Shown: in pieces, positions 39,618 through 52,570 of the stretch
How the letters are laid out: the number at the start of each line of letters is the position of its first letter
Numbering within the stretch: the stretch's first letter is position 1
NCBI RefSeq assembly: GCF_001194135.2
Contig: NC_068990.1
Span: 55,395,553 to 55,459,552 of the forward strand
Direction: 5' to 3'
Source of the DNA: Octopus bimaculoides
Taxonomy: Eukaryota
DNA: 64,000 nucleotides
Position numbers and translations under genes: made by a program
The notes under the pieces: generated by a model
The model's database searches: none
What the model saw: the letters and a program-made list of their open reading frames with translations, nothing else
Told to the model about the DNA's origin: nothing

Positions 39618-40548
39618 GTTTGTGTGAGGGAAAAGCTTTCCCTTAAATATATCTTTTATCTTTTTCCACCCATGCCAGCATAGAAGATGGACATTAAATG
39701 CTGATGATGATGGTTCAGTCATTTGACTGGTCGGCACCACCTTGAAGATTTTAGTTGAAAAAATCAACTCCAGTACTTAATTTATCTAAATCTGGTACTT
39801 ATTTTATCTCCTTTTTGCTGAACTGCTGTTATGGGGATGTATACAAACCAACACCAATTGTCAAGTGGTGGTGGGAGAAGATACATGCACACACACCAAC
39901 ACACTCCCACACATATCTCTCTCTGTATATATGATGGTCTTCCACACAGCTTCTATCTACCAAATTCACTTACAAGGCATTGGTTGGCCTGAGGTTATAG
40001 TAGAAGATGCTCGCACTAAAGTGCTGCGCAGTGGGACTGAACCCAAAACCATGTGGTTGCAAGGTGAGCTTTTTAACCACACAGCCATGATGATATTAAA
40101 AATTATTAATTTTACTCCTCAGTAGTTATAGATGAGGATTTCCATTGAAAGGACTTGATAAAGTATTTCTGAAATAACTAAATAAATTTTGATATGTATT
40201 AAAAATTGTTGCTGTAGATAAAATTGATTGATAGAGTACAGCTAATGTTCTGTTGGTTTATTGGAATTGGTCTGAAATTATATATTGTTTAAAAACCATG
40301 CCAAAACTGTCCTTGCCTCTGCTAGGGCCATGTAAAAAGCACTCAGTCCACTCTATGGGGTGGTTGGCGTCAGGAAGGATGTCCAGCCATAAAAAGCATA
40401 CCAAAATAGATACACTAACGTGGTGTAGTCTTCTGCCTGGCTGGGCTCCTGTCAATCCGTCCAACCCATGCCAGCTTGGAAGACGGACATTAAATGATGA
40501 TGAATTGCAAGAATAATATATATGATTTTTTATTTTTTTCCTTTGTAG

Positions 40549-40605
40549 AGAATTCTCTGGTGGTTGGCGAATGAGATTAGCTCTTGCTAGGGCTCTGTTC
40601 TCAAA
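40549..40605 (+). CDS. ABCF3: ABCF3 exon 9, signature motif (EFSGGWRMRLALARALFS)
   Basis: cctttgtag|...|gtaagt, phase 2-2. Confidence 0.96.
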
Positions 40606-40879
40606 GTAAGTTTGATATTTTTGTAATTATTTCATTCCTTATGCTTTTAGAATAGATACACTGTTTGTGTTCTTCAGTCAGTTTAAATGTAAGGGCTGCA
40701 TGTTAGAATTTTAATGCAACTCTTATTTCTCCTTAGTTTTGCTCCATAGTGGCTCTTATTATCAGTTCCAAGCACCTTTTATTCCATTTTTCTGCTAGGG
40801 AGCTCCTTAGATATCCAAGCAACTAACACTAGAATTGTCTCCTCTGCTTCCATGTTCTTGTCGACATATCACACTGTAT

Positions 40880-41132
40880 CTTTGCACATTGTTGGCACTC
40901 CGTCGCTTACGACGACAAGGGTTCCAGTTGATCCAATCAACGGAACAGCCTGCTCGTGAAATTAACGTGCAAGTGGCTGAGCACTCCACAGACACGTGTA
41001 CCCTTAACGTAGTTATCGGGGATATTCAGCGTGACATAGTGTGACAAAGCTGACCCTTTGAATTACAGGTACAACGAAACAGGAAGTAAGAGTGAGAGAA
41101 AGTTGTGGTGAAAGAGTACAGCAGGGTTCATC
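40880..41132 (-). mobile_element. Family C SINE, partial, running into an N gap
   Basis: Near-identical to 37401-37660. Confidence 0.85.
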
Positions 41133-42326
41133 NNNNNNNNNNNNNNNNNNNNNNNNNNNNNNNNNNNNNNNNNNNNNNNNNNNNNNNNNNNNNNNNNNNN
41201 NNNNNNNNNNNNNNNNNNNNNNNNNNNNNNNNNNNNNNNNNNNNNNNNNNNNNNNNNNNNNNNNNNNNNNNNNNNNNNNNNNNNNNNNNNNNNNNNNNNN
41301 NNNNNNNNNNNNNNNNNNNNNNNNNNNNNNNNNNNNNNNNNNNNNNNNNNNNNNNNNNNNNNNNNNNNNNNNNNNNNNNNNNNNNNNNNNNNNNNNNNNN
41401 NNNNNNNNNNNNNNNNNNNNNNNNNNNNNNNNNNNNNNNNNNNNNNNNNNNNNNNNNNNNNNNNNNNNNNNNNNNNNNNNNNNNNNNNNNNNCCAGCATG
41501 GATAAACAAGACACAAAAATGATGCTGATCAGTTTATATTCTAAGCAATTTCTAGGAAATTACAAGCAAAAGCAGTTTGAATTTTTATTCTACTTTCTGA
41601 ACTGTCTGAAGGAATAGATTCTTCTGATGAATCAAAAAATTTGTTAAATGTGAACTGAGAAATTAGAGACTAGAATCAGATAAAGATTAGAAATAATGAT
41701 AGACAATAAATGTTCACAGTTTTAACTTGAATTTTTGAGAAATAATAAAATTTGATAATAATAGTGTTTTAATAATCATGTGAGGTATTGATTTTTTTTT
41801 TTTTTTTGGTAAATTTCTTTGGGAACAGCTCTTTAATTGTATTCATTTCATGAATGAATACAATTAAAGAGTTGTTACCATTTCACGAAAGTTGAATACA
41901 ATATTTATGTAAATCATATTTAACTATATTCCATTTACCTGTTATCTTTATATTTCAAGTATTTATCTGTTATCTTTATATTTCAAGTATTTCTAATGTA
42001 AGAAACTACATTTCAATTAATTTTGAAAACAATCAATAATCTGGATGGATTTAATAAAATAACAAACATTTCCATTATTAAGCTGCTATTTGGAATATAA
42101 TGTAACAAAAGGTTCTTGCATTTTGTATTTTCTGGCATACAAGTTGACATAACATGTGTAACTATTCAAACATCATCACTTTCTTTCCAAATTATGCTGC
42201 ATTTTGCATGGAATTTTTGGTCCTCCAAAGTCATCTTAGTCAACCTACTTTTTTGGCAGTAAATTTTGGTCTGAAAAATTCAACTTGTGTGCCAGAAAAT
42301 ATGGTAAAACTATGAAGGAAGTTTAA

Positions 42327-42545
42327 CCCTTTCGTTACCAACCCAGCTGAAACTGGCTCTGGCTCTGTAGTATAAATGTCTTGTTTTCATAAGTTTTGAA
42401 TTAATATCTTCCATCAAACCTTAGTCACAATTTATGTTCCTAACACTAGCTTAATGATGACTAAGATATTTTACTAAATTCTTCGTTATATTTAAAACAA
42501 TTGAAAGAAACAGAGCATCTCAAAATAAATACTGTAAGGAAAGGA
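42327..42545. mobile_element. Second piggyBac-type MITE family (TTAA-CCCTTTCGTTAC); another copy starts at 53684
   Basis: TTAA flanks. 53684-53819 is the reverse complement of this element's right end. Confidence 0.75.
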
Positions 42546-42700
42546 TTAAAATTTAATAAGACCCTTATAGAACCAGCGGCAGGTTGTTAAAAGGGTTAAA
42601 ATGTTTTTTTGCCATTGCTTTATTGCCATTTTTTAAAGAGCATTTAAAAAGAAATTTTTTTATATTCTGAAGACTAATTTATTGTTTATATTTTTTCTAG

Positions 42701-42723
42701 GCCTGATTTATTGTTGCTTGACG
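42701..42723 (+). CDS. ABCF3: ABCF3 exon 10, 23-nt micro-exon carrying Walker B (PDLLLLD)
   Basis: ttttttctag|gcctgatttattgttgcttgacg|gtatgt, phase 2-1. Needed to join exons 9 and 11 in frame. Confidence 0.92.
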
Positions 42724-43826
42724 GTATGTTTCAATTTATTTTAACTGTGTTCCTCATTTTATGTTTTTTGTTATGTTGAGGTAGCCATGTATCTCCTCTA
42801 CAGCAAGTCACCGGTTTCTGCCTCTATCATCCTTTAACCTCTCATCACTTGGCATAAAGCCACCTCCCTCAATACCATTTCCCAACTAAGTTGAGGGGAT
42901 CTCATATTGCAGGTTAATTAGTGACTTCCTAGTGCTGTTGCCAAGTAAAAAAAGCATCCAGTACTCTCTGTAAAGTGGTTGGCATTAGGAAAGGCAGCCA
43001 GCTGTAGAAACCATTCCAAAGCAGACAGTAGAACTTTGCGTTGTCCTCTGGTTTGCCAGCTCCTGTCAAACCATTCAGCCCATCACAGAAAATGGATGTT
43101 AAATGGTGATGATGATAATGATGTTCTTTTTTCTGTATTATATGAAGTGTAACAGGTTTTAAAATGGGAAGTTGGCAATCCCAAAATATTTTATGTTAAT
43201 TAGAAATCTTGTAGGAGACAAGGCACTCTCACTAGTATTGGTTGTTTTGATAAAATGCACCCAGTAAAGTGGTTGTTGAACAAACATTAAGTTAATAGGA
43301 TTCTTTAGTCTTGCCAAGGACACGACAACCTCTTTAGTGATGGTGCTTCAATGAAATGCAATGAAAAATGATAGCTGTTAGAAAATGCATCCAGCCCTCA
43401 AAAACCATGCTAAATTGCAATACATGAGTAAGATGTCTCTGACATGTCTTAGAAAGCAGTAACTCCAAAACAGAATTATCTTGTGTTCCAGTATCTGTTC
43501 TGGGTCTTTGTTGTCTGAGTTTAAATTCCACCTAATAGCAGCTTCTCTCCTCGTGGCAGAAATGGGTCCTTCAAGAGACAACCAACAGTGGCAAGCTTCA
43601 GGTATCAGAGTAGGGTGATATGATGATGGGAGCAATATGTCTGTCATATCAATAAAACAAGTGGACATTGCACAAAAGTGGATAAACATTAGGATGGGAT
43701 CCTCTCCCCAACTGTGGCCTCCAGAACTCTGACAACAAGCAATCAGAACAGATTAATGTATTTATATAGCAATGTGTCTATTTCTGTGTTGTGTAAGTTT
43801 TAAACGTTTTATATCTTACTTTACAG

Positions 43827-43882
43827 AACCTACAAACATGTTGGATATGAAAGCTATCATTTGGTTGGAAGATTATTTGCAG
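43827..43882 (+). CDS. ABCF3: ABCF3 exon 11 (EPTNMLDMKAIIWLEDYLQ)
   Basis: ctttacag|...|gtagtt, phase 1-0. Confidence 0.95.
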
Positions 43883-44509
43883 GTAGTTATACATGAATCT
43901 ACTTTTGTTGCTGCTATTAATTAATGCTACTCATTAAAGCATTTAATTACTGGTATTAACTTTTGTTCTTTACTAATAACCATTTTAAAAGCCATTCTAA
44001 CAGTAAGAATGGATGTCAAATTTAAGACAAACTTTTTCAAATGGTAGCCTTTATTTATTAATGATTTTATGTTTTAATGATTAGCTATGGGAATATTTTT
44101 GTATAGGCCTAATTGAGCAAAAGTGGTCTAATCAGGACTATCTTGTGCTTTTTTTTGTATATCAGGCACTTCAATATATCCTTCTTTGTTTAAGACTGTA
44201 GGCTGTGCTTAAGTGAGATTTGGATGCTATTTCTAGTAAACTGAACAACTACATAGTTGCTCACTTGTTGGTTATTGTAGAATGATAATTATTATAGTAT
44301 TGTTTCCAGCCAACTCATTCAGGATATCAACAGTACTGCTTTTGAGCCTATTGTATTGAATGAGCTGATGTTATGGTATATTCATGAATTTTGGTTTAAT
44401 TTTGACTTTGAAAAAATTCAATGATTTAATTATAGTTTTCTTTTTTGAGCTGAATCAATGCAAAGACCCACTATACATTCTGAATGTATTCTCATTTATT
44501 CATTCCTAG

Positions 44510-44710
44510 ACGTGGACGTCAACAATTCTAGTTGTATCTCACGACAGACAGTTCTTAAATGCAGTTGCCACAGATATCTTATATTTACACAGTGGTCGTA
44601 TTGACACCTATAAAGGAAATTATGAAACATTTATGAAGAGTCGCGAAGACAGATTAAAAAATCAACAGAAAGAATATGAAGCACAACAACAATACAGAGA
44701 ACATATTCAG
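44510..44710 (+). CDS. ABCF3: ABCF3 exon 12 (TWTSTILVVSHDRQFLNAVATDI...EYEAQQQYREHIQ)
   Basis: cattcctag| acceptor. H-loop VSHD and the linker/PtIM helix. The donor is either CAG|GCATGT (GC-AG, end 44710) or T|GTATTA (end 44714). Confidence 0.93.
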
Positions 44711-44989
44711 GCATGTATTAGCATTATCATCATCATTGTCTTTACTTTATAAAGTTACTTCTACAGATATTCTTTAGAAAGTAGAGCCACCAACTAATTT
44801 GTTATGATGTTTCATATACAAAACGCCTCTGTAAGGAAGGCTATCGAAGATAGAAAGTGGGTTTAAAAAGTGAATTAATAACACTGTTAACACTGGTGGT
44901 GCACAGCATTGACTTATAAGCCTTTAATATACTTGGTAGTATATTATGGTTGCGTAACGAAATATGGTGTCCCTATCACCAATTAACAT

Positions 44990-45430
44990 TATTTTTACAT
45001 CTGCTTTTTCCATGTTTATGTGGTTTGGATGGGTCCTTTCCAATACAGAGTTTTACTATCTGTTGCATTCCTTTGTCATCTCCATCGTGAGGTTCAACAC
45101 CTTGAGATCAGTTTTTACTACTACTGCATATTTCTTCTTTGGTCTTCTGTATTTTCTTACAACTCAGATCGGTCACTATTTACTGATCTCTTATCCATAT
45201 GCATTACATGCCTCCCCCCAAATGCAGTTGTCTCCCTTGCATACTGATTTTTCTTGTACTTAGTTTACCTTTGAGATTGTCTGTATTTTAATATTACACA
45301 TTCATTTCTATTTAGCCTTTGCATTTACACAGCATTCAGCTCCCACAACTCAATGTCATGCAGCATCATTGTTCACACACATACACACAAGCACCATACA
45401 ATCTAGTCTTTGCTAAGAGAATTTTCTTAT
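44990..45430 (-). mobile_element. Degenerate RTE LINE 3' end in ABCF3 intron 12
   Basis: The minus strand gives a decayed (WF)GHVM.MD....G.R..GRP-like sequence followed by the family B tail. Confidence 0.55.
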
Positions 45431-46874
45431 TGTCAGCAGAGGTAATAACTCCTTGAACATTTTCCATCTTATTTTTATTCTGACAACCACTTTCAGAAAA
45501 CCTTCCTCTATTGCCAGTTAGGTGGCCCAGGTAATAGAAACTATCAGCTACTTTTACAGAGTTTCCTAGACAGTGTAAAGTATTTATTTTACCTGTGCTC
45601 TAACTGCTAACTACTACTGCTGTGCATTTTATGACTGCACAGTAAGAAGTTTGCTTCCCAACCACATCATACTGGGTTCAGTCCCACTGCGTGGAACCGT
45701 GGGCAAACGTTTTCTACCGTAGCCTTGGGTCGACCAAAGCCTTGTGAGCGCCTGGAAAAAATTATCTGCAAAGTCAGTACAAAGTGTCTTATGACATTTC
45801 TTTCAAGTTGAGATACTGATCAGGTTGTCTTTAAATGCCATCCTTCCAAGGCTGACAAAAATACTGGGTGCATGGGTTGTGTTGATTTCATTATCTCTTG
45901 AAGTTTGAGCCCCAGCATGGCCACAGTTTAATGACTAAAACTAGCTAAAAAAAAAAAAAATCATCTTTCTGTCTGTCCTACAATCTATCCATTGATTCAC
46001 CTACAAAGAAAATCCTAGATAAAACTTGTTTTTGTAAATCAAGAAAAAAAAAAAACAAAAAAAAACTTTAGATGTAAGTGCAGGTGTGGCTGTGTGGTAA
46101 AAAGCTTGATTCCCAACCACATGGTTCCTTGTTCAGTCCTACTGCATGGCAACTTGAGCAAGTGTCTTCCACTATAGCCTGGGGCTAACCAAAGCATTGT
46201 GAGTGGATTTGATAGAGGGAAACTGAAGCCCAACAATCGAGTGAGGTCGTTGCCAGTGCCACTGGACTGGCTCCCGTGCAGGTGGCACATAAAAAAACAC
46301 CACTTGAGCATGGCCGTTGCCAGTACTGCCTGACTGGTCCTCGTGCCGGTGGCACGTAAAAGCAGCCACTACACTCTCGGAGTGGTTGGCATTAGGAAGG
46401 GCATCCAGCTGTAGAAACTCTGCCAGATCAGATTACAGCCTGGTGCAGCCATCTGGTTCGCCAGTCCTCAGTCAAATCGTCCAACCCATGCTAGCATGGA
46501 AAGCGGACTTTAAACGATGATGATGATGATATATACATGTGTGTGTGTGCGCTTGTGCTTGTGTTTGTCACCCACCATTGCTTGACAACTGGTGTTGGTG
46601 TGTTTATGTCCCTGTTTGGCGAAAGAGAGACAAATAGGCTTATAAAAAAAGTACTGGAGTTGATTCTTTTGACTAAGAATTCTTCAAGGTAGACTGGCCA
46701 CAGTCTAATGACTGAAGCAAGCAAAAGATAAAAGATTATTATATGCTTTTGAAAGTATAATCTGTACAGAGAGTAAAAAAAATACATTAGCCACTATTTT
46801 GTTTTCTTTCTGTATTTTATCATGCTATAAACACAGTTTTGTTAGAAATGTTTTTGTTTTCTTAAAATTTATTT

Positions 46875-47240
46875 GCTTACCAACCGCAAGGTTCTGGGTT
46901 CAGTCCCACTGCGTGGCACGTTGGGCAAGTGTCTTCTATTATAGCCTCAGGCTGACCAAAGTCTTGTGAGCAGATTTGGTAGACAGAAACTGAAAGAAGC
47001 CCGTTGTAGATATGTATGTATGTATGTATATGTTTGTGTGTCTGTGTTTGTCCCCCCCCAACATTGCTTGACAACCGATGCTGGTGTGTTTATGTCCCTG
47101 TAACTTAGTGGTTCGACAAAAGAGACCAATAGAATAAGTACTATGCTTACAAAGAGTAAATCCTGGGTCAATTTGCTCAACTAAAGGTGGTGCCCCATTA
47201 TGGCCACACTCAAATGACAAACAAATAAAAGAATAAAAGA
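46875..47240 (+). mobile_element. tRNA-derived SINE (family A); many further copies (e.g. 28461-28857 minus, 53300-53675 minus, 15180-15550 minus)
   Basis: GGTTCAGTCCC B-box, TTGGGCAAGTGTCTTCT core, internal (TA/CA)n and (AAAAG)n-like tail. Confidence 0.8.
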
Positions 47241-47256
47241 ATGCTTTTTTCTACAC

Positions 47257-48023
47257 NNNNNNNNNNNNNNNNNNNNNNNNNNNNNNNNNNNNNNNNNNNN
47301 NNNNNNNNNNNNNNNNNNNNNNNNNNNNNNNNNNNNNNNNNNNNNNNNNNNNNNNNNNNNNNNNNNNNNNNNNNNNNNNNNNNNNNNNNNNNNNNNNNNN
47401 NNNNNNNNNNNNNNNNNNNNNNNNNNNNNNNNNNNNNNNNNNNNNNNNNNNNNNNNNNNNNNNNNNNNNNNNNNNNNNNNNNNNNNNNNNNNNNNNNNNN
47501 NNNNNNNNNNNNNNNNNNNNNNNNNNNNNNNNNNNNNNNNNNNNNNNNNNNNNNNNNNNNNNNNNNNNNNNNNNNNNNNNNNNNNNNNNNNNNNNNNNNN
47601 NNNNNNNNNNNNNNNNNNNNNNNNNNNNNNNNNNNNNNNNNNNNNNNNNNNNNNNNNNNNNNNNNNNNNNNNNNNNNNNNNNNNNNNNNNNNNNNNNNNN
47701 NNNNNNNNNNNNNNNNNNNNNNNNNNNNNNNNNNNNNNNNNNNNNNNNNNNNNNNNNNNNNNNNNNNNNNNNNNNNNNNNNNNNNNNNNNNNNNNNNNNN
47801 NNNNNNNNNNNNNNNNNNNNNNNNNNNNNNNNNNNNNNNNNNNNNNNNNNNNNNNNNNNNNNNNNNNNNNNNNNNNNNNNNNNNNNNNNNNNNNNNNNNN
47901 NNNNNNNNNNNNNNNNNNNNNNNNNNNNNNNNNNNNNNNNNNNNNNNNNNNNNNNNNNNNNNNNNNNNNNNNNNNNNNNNNNNNNNNNNNNNNNNNNNNN
48001 NNNNNNNNNNNNNNNNNNNNNNN
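47257..48023. other. Assembly gap (767 N), expected to contain ABCF3 exon 13
   Basis: The coding segment equivalent to (V)FIDRFRYNANRASQVQSKLKMLEK was not found in readable DNA between exons 12 and 14. Confidence 0.7.
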
Positions 48024-48180
48024 TTAAAATTGAAGTCCTGCTTTAAGAATTTTATCTTATTGATATGAATTTTGTTTGTCTTCACTGTTTAAAACAAGGC
48101 AAAAGAAGTTTAGATTATTTTAAAAATTCCTATTAACATGTCTTAACATACATTAATTTCTTTTAAACTATGTTTTGTAG

Positions 48181-48225
48181 CCCTGAACTGAAACCTGTTG
48201 CTAAAGAAAGTGAGGTTATACTCAA
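48181..48225 (+). CDS. ABCF3: ABCF3 exon 14 (PELKPVAKESEVILK)
   Basis: gttttgtag|...|gtaagt, phase 2-2. Matches LPELKPV.KESEV. Confidence 0.93.
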
Positions 48226-49586
48226 GTAAGTTTTCTTTTGTCAACTCATCGAATTCAAAAGCAAAAAAAAAAAAGTAAAAGGTGGTAGTTAGTGTTTGAC
48301 TCTTTAGCATTTAGCTCTGTAACCCCTTGAAGACGGATTTAGTACTGACAGTCTAAATATATACTTTACAGTGTATATTTACAGATTCTTCTCAGTGTGG
48401 TATAGTTGAAAACACGGTGCCACACAGAATGAGGCAGTGTTTTGATGCGGTCAGTATTGCTTCCTGTCTGCAAGGGGTTAACATTCAGATTACTCTGTCA
48501 AATGTAATGCTTACTGATTCACATTGTTTTGAATTAATCCTGCATGATCTTGCAGCTTCAAGATTTTGATGATGTGATTATTTGTTTCTAGAATGAAATT
48601 GTCGGGTAGGTGTAAGAGGCTGAATCTGGCAAGTTTGATTATAGTAAAACAAGGTAGAATGTTCGGGTCTGATATGATCAGTTTAAATGCTAACAAGTTA
48701 AGCTGGCTGTATGCAACCCAAATATTCTTCCTGTTTTATGTTCAAGCTAGCCAAATGCAGTCTCTCACATCCACCTACGATATCTTTCTAAGAACATACA
48801 ATTATATCATCACAATCTTGAAGCTACGAGATCATGCACAATTAATTCAAAACAGTGTGAATAAATAAGCATTATATTTTATAGAGTAATCTGAATGCTA
48901 AAAAGTTAAAGGGATAGACAAGGTTTCTCTTTGTGGCAAAGGCAGTCTGCCTGTTCGAGTAATAAAAGGTTTTTTATTTTTATTTTTGGCATAGTGCTGT
49001 GCCCATGACTGTTCACAGGGTACAAGGGACTAGTAGAAGAGTGGGAGGAACAAATGATGATTCTTAGTTTGTTAGAGTAGGAAGTTGCATTTCAAGATAT
49101 TGAGTTATCATGTGACTTGAAACCTGGTCCAAATGCTTGTGGTAAAGGTATCAAAAGCTACACTAAAGATACCCAAAAGCCAACCCATAATGGTGTTAAA
49201 CAGTGAAGTTATATATAGTGAAGGTGCATGGCTCAGTGATTAGAACATTGGGTTTACAGTTGTAAGGTTGATTCCTGGACTGGGCTATGTGTTGTGTTCT
49301 TGAGCAAGACACTTTATTTTATATTGCTCCAGTTGTAGAAATGAGTTGTGCCTTCATTGGTGCCAAGCTGTATCAGCCTTTGCCTCTCCCTTGGACAACA
49401 CTGATGGTATGGATCAGTGGGGTTCTATATGTAACTTGGTGTTGGGAAGGCTGTCTGGCCATAAAAACCATGCCAAAATAGACACAGAAGTCTAGTACTA
49501 TCTTCTGTCCTTTTGATACATACATGCACACATGTGCATGCACACATACATGCACATTCACACACGTGTGCACACATACAGACGCG

Positions 49587-49620
<34 letters not shown>

Positions 49621-49809
49621 ATGGGCCTTTTTTCAGTTTCCATCTGCCAGATCCATTCACAAGGCTATAATAGAAGACACTTGCCCAAGGTACCATGCAG
49701 TGCAACTGAACCTGGGACCATGTAGTTGGGAAGCAAGCTTCTCACCACCCAACCATGCTTGCACCTACTTGTTTATTTTTTATTTATTTATTTTTTTTTT
49801 GTTTTATAG

Positions 49810-49939
49810 ATTTCCTGAATGTAATAAATTATCACCTCCAATTTTACAACTGGATGATGTTATATTTTATTATAATGAAGATCAAGTAATATTTCACAAT
49901 ATCTGTGTCAGTGCCTCCATGGAATCCCGTATATGTATT
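49810..49939 (+). CDS. ABCF3: ABCF3 exon 15 (FPECNKLSPPILQLDDVIFYY...SASMESRICI)
   Basis: gttttatag|...|gtaagt, phase 2-0. Confidence 0.95.
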
Positions 49940-51661
49940 GTAAGTAGTGTCTTTTATTTTGATCCCATTCTTTATTATTTTTAATACTTTAGCATTTAAA
50001 CCGGCAGAAATATTCTACCTGCTTTATTATGTTCAAGCCAGCCATGTTTGGCCGCTCATACCTACCCTACAACAGCAATCTAAAACTAAACAATCACATC
50101 ATCAAAATCTCAAAGCTATGAGATAATGCATGATTAATTCAAAATAATTTGACAGTCCACACTGTAAAGTGGTTGGCACTTGGAAGGACATCCAGCTGTA
50201 GAAACAATACCAAAACTGACTTTGCCTGTGCTTGTGCCACATAAAAATGCATTCAGTCCACTCCATGAGGTGGTTGGTGTTAGGAAGGGCATCCAGCCAT
50301 AAAAACCTTGCCAAAACAGACACAGAAGTTTGGTGCAGTCTTCTACCTGGCCAGTTCCTGTCAAACCGTCCAACTCATGCCAACATGGAAGGTGGACGTT
50401 AAATGATGACGATGTAATCTGAATAATCTAAATGCTGCTGGGTCAATGTCTGGTTCTTATTTTATCAGTGTATTTGCTGAACTGTTAAGTTTTGCATGCG
50501 TAAACAAACCAACACTGGTTGTCAAACAGTGGTAGTCATGGTAGGTGAGTGATGGGGCGGGGGCAGTTTCTGTCAACAACATTCATTCACAAGGCATTAT
50601 TTGACCCTGGGCTATAGTAGTACTATAGGCACTTGCCCAAGTTTCCTTATGTGACTTTGAAGTTTTACTTTCAAATATTGTGGATTACTTGAAAACCCTG
50701 TAACAAATAACTATATTTACTTTGCTAATTTTTCCATATCATAAAGTGGAAGTTTAGTGTCCGTGAGATTACAGTTTTTTAAATTTTTGACACCATCTGT
50801 AACATTTTTGCAACATAAGTTGGTCACAGTCAATGATTAGTGGCAAACCAGAGTTGCAAAATTTGAGAAAAAAATTTTTTTTTTTTAATTGTTGACATCA
50901 TAAGAATTTTGAAATTTCGAGAGAACATGAAATAATTCTTTCTGGAACAGTTTAACTTGAAGCTGATAAAGCTATAATGAATAGCATGTAAAATATTTGG
51001 TTAGAAAGCCCTTTGGAGAGAAAATGTCAAAGGCTGCCTTTGGGACATAAATCCACATCTGCTGCAAACATGACAGATGTTCTGTCATCATCATCATCAT
51101 CATTTAATGTCACTTTTCCGTGATGGCAAGGCCAGGAACTGACTCAGGTTCCATCGTCTGTTTTGGTATGGCTTCTACAGCTGGATGCCTTTCCTGACAC
51201 CAACCACTTTATAGATTGTACTGTGTGCTTTTTATGTGGCACCGGCATCAGTGCTTTGTATGTGGCACCAGTACCAGTGTTTTATACATGGCTCCATCAA
51301 CAATGCTTTTTATGTGGCACTAGCACCGGTGCTTTTTATGTGGCATTTGATCAAAGCATGGGTAGTTTTTGACTTTTTCTGTCCAGAGGGTTTTTTTAAC
51401 TCCTTGTTTACACGCTGTTATTTATAACTATATCAGCTTCAAGTTTCATTGTTCCCTATAAAATATATTCTAAATGGTATTGTCTGCAGAATACAATTCA
51501 TTTCTGTCGATTTGTATTTTTCTATATTACCATGATTATCTATTTTGTAAAGATGCAACATAATGACTGTAGCTAGATTTGAAATCACAGCAAAACTTGA
51601 ACTTTTACTTTGAAACACTATATTTAGACTCATTTCTTACTGTATACTGTATTTGTTTCAG

Positions 51662-51842
51662 GTTGGTGAAAACGGTGCTGGTAAAACTACACTTCTAAAG
51701 ATTTTACTTGGCGAATTAAACCCTGTGAAAGGTTTACGAAATGCTCATAGAAATTTGAAAATTGGTTATTTCAGCCAACATCATGTGGACCAGCTTGAAA
51801 TGGATATATCATCTATAGAACTATTGGCATTGCGATACACAG
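51662..51842 (+). CDS. ABCF3: ABCF3 exon 16, Walker A of ABC domain 2 (VGENGAGKTT...RNLKIGYFSQHHVDQL)
   Basis: ttgtttcag|...|gtaagt, phase 0-1. Confidence 0.97.
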
Positions 51843-52570
51843 GTAAGTTTCTTGCCAATACCTGTTGTGTCTTTTATTTGTCTCAGTCATTGAATGGCAG
51901 TTGTGCTGGTGTGCTGCCTTGAAGGGTTTGAAACAAATTGACCCCAGTATTTATGTTTCTTTTCTTAAGCCCGGCACTTATTCTCTTGGTCTATTTTTGT
52001 CAAACTGTTAAGTTACAGAGACATAAACCAAAAAAAGACAATACTGCTTGTCAAGTGGTGGTGGTGGTTGTGGCGTGTGTGCCTGTAAGAAACGTAGATG
52101 CAAATATACACATGTGCACATAGAAATGCAGCATGCACACATGCATACACACATACACTCACACACACTCTCTCCGTCTGTCTGTCTCTTTTTCTTTCTC
52201 TCCTCCTGCATTGTTTCAATCTACCAAATTCACTCACTCAGGCTATGCTAGAAATTACTTGCTGTGGGTGCAGTGCACTCAAGAGGATCCGTACCCTGCA
52301 GGAGCTACTCATAATTTTTGCAAGCTCTTCTAAATCCATTGTAATGCTGGAAACTTTTCCATGTCGTCAGTAGATATCTTAGGGTTACAGACGTTTTGTG
52401 CTTTAGCCTGTACACTTCACCTGAGTGAGGCAGCTAGAACTGACTTAGTTTTCACCTACAGAAGGGCTCCACTTTCAGTCTCTTATCAACCATAACCATA
52501 ACCATATTGAACTTGTTTCAGCTACTGTGCCTATTTCCTTGATGTTTGTGTCTCCTTATCTTGACATCGT

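Noticed and set aside
41933-41988. 28-bp tandem duplication (and a 27-bp one at 62748-62801)
   Set aside because: Ordinary slippage duplications in AT-rich non-coding DNA.
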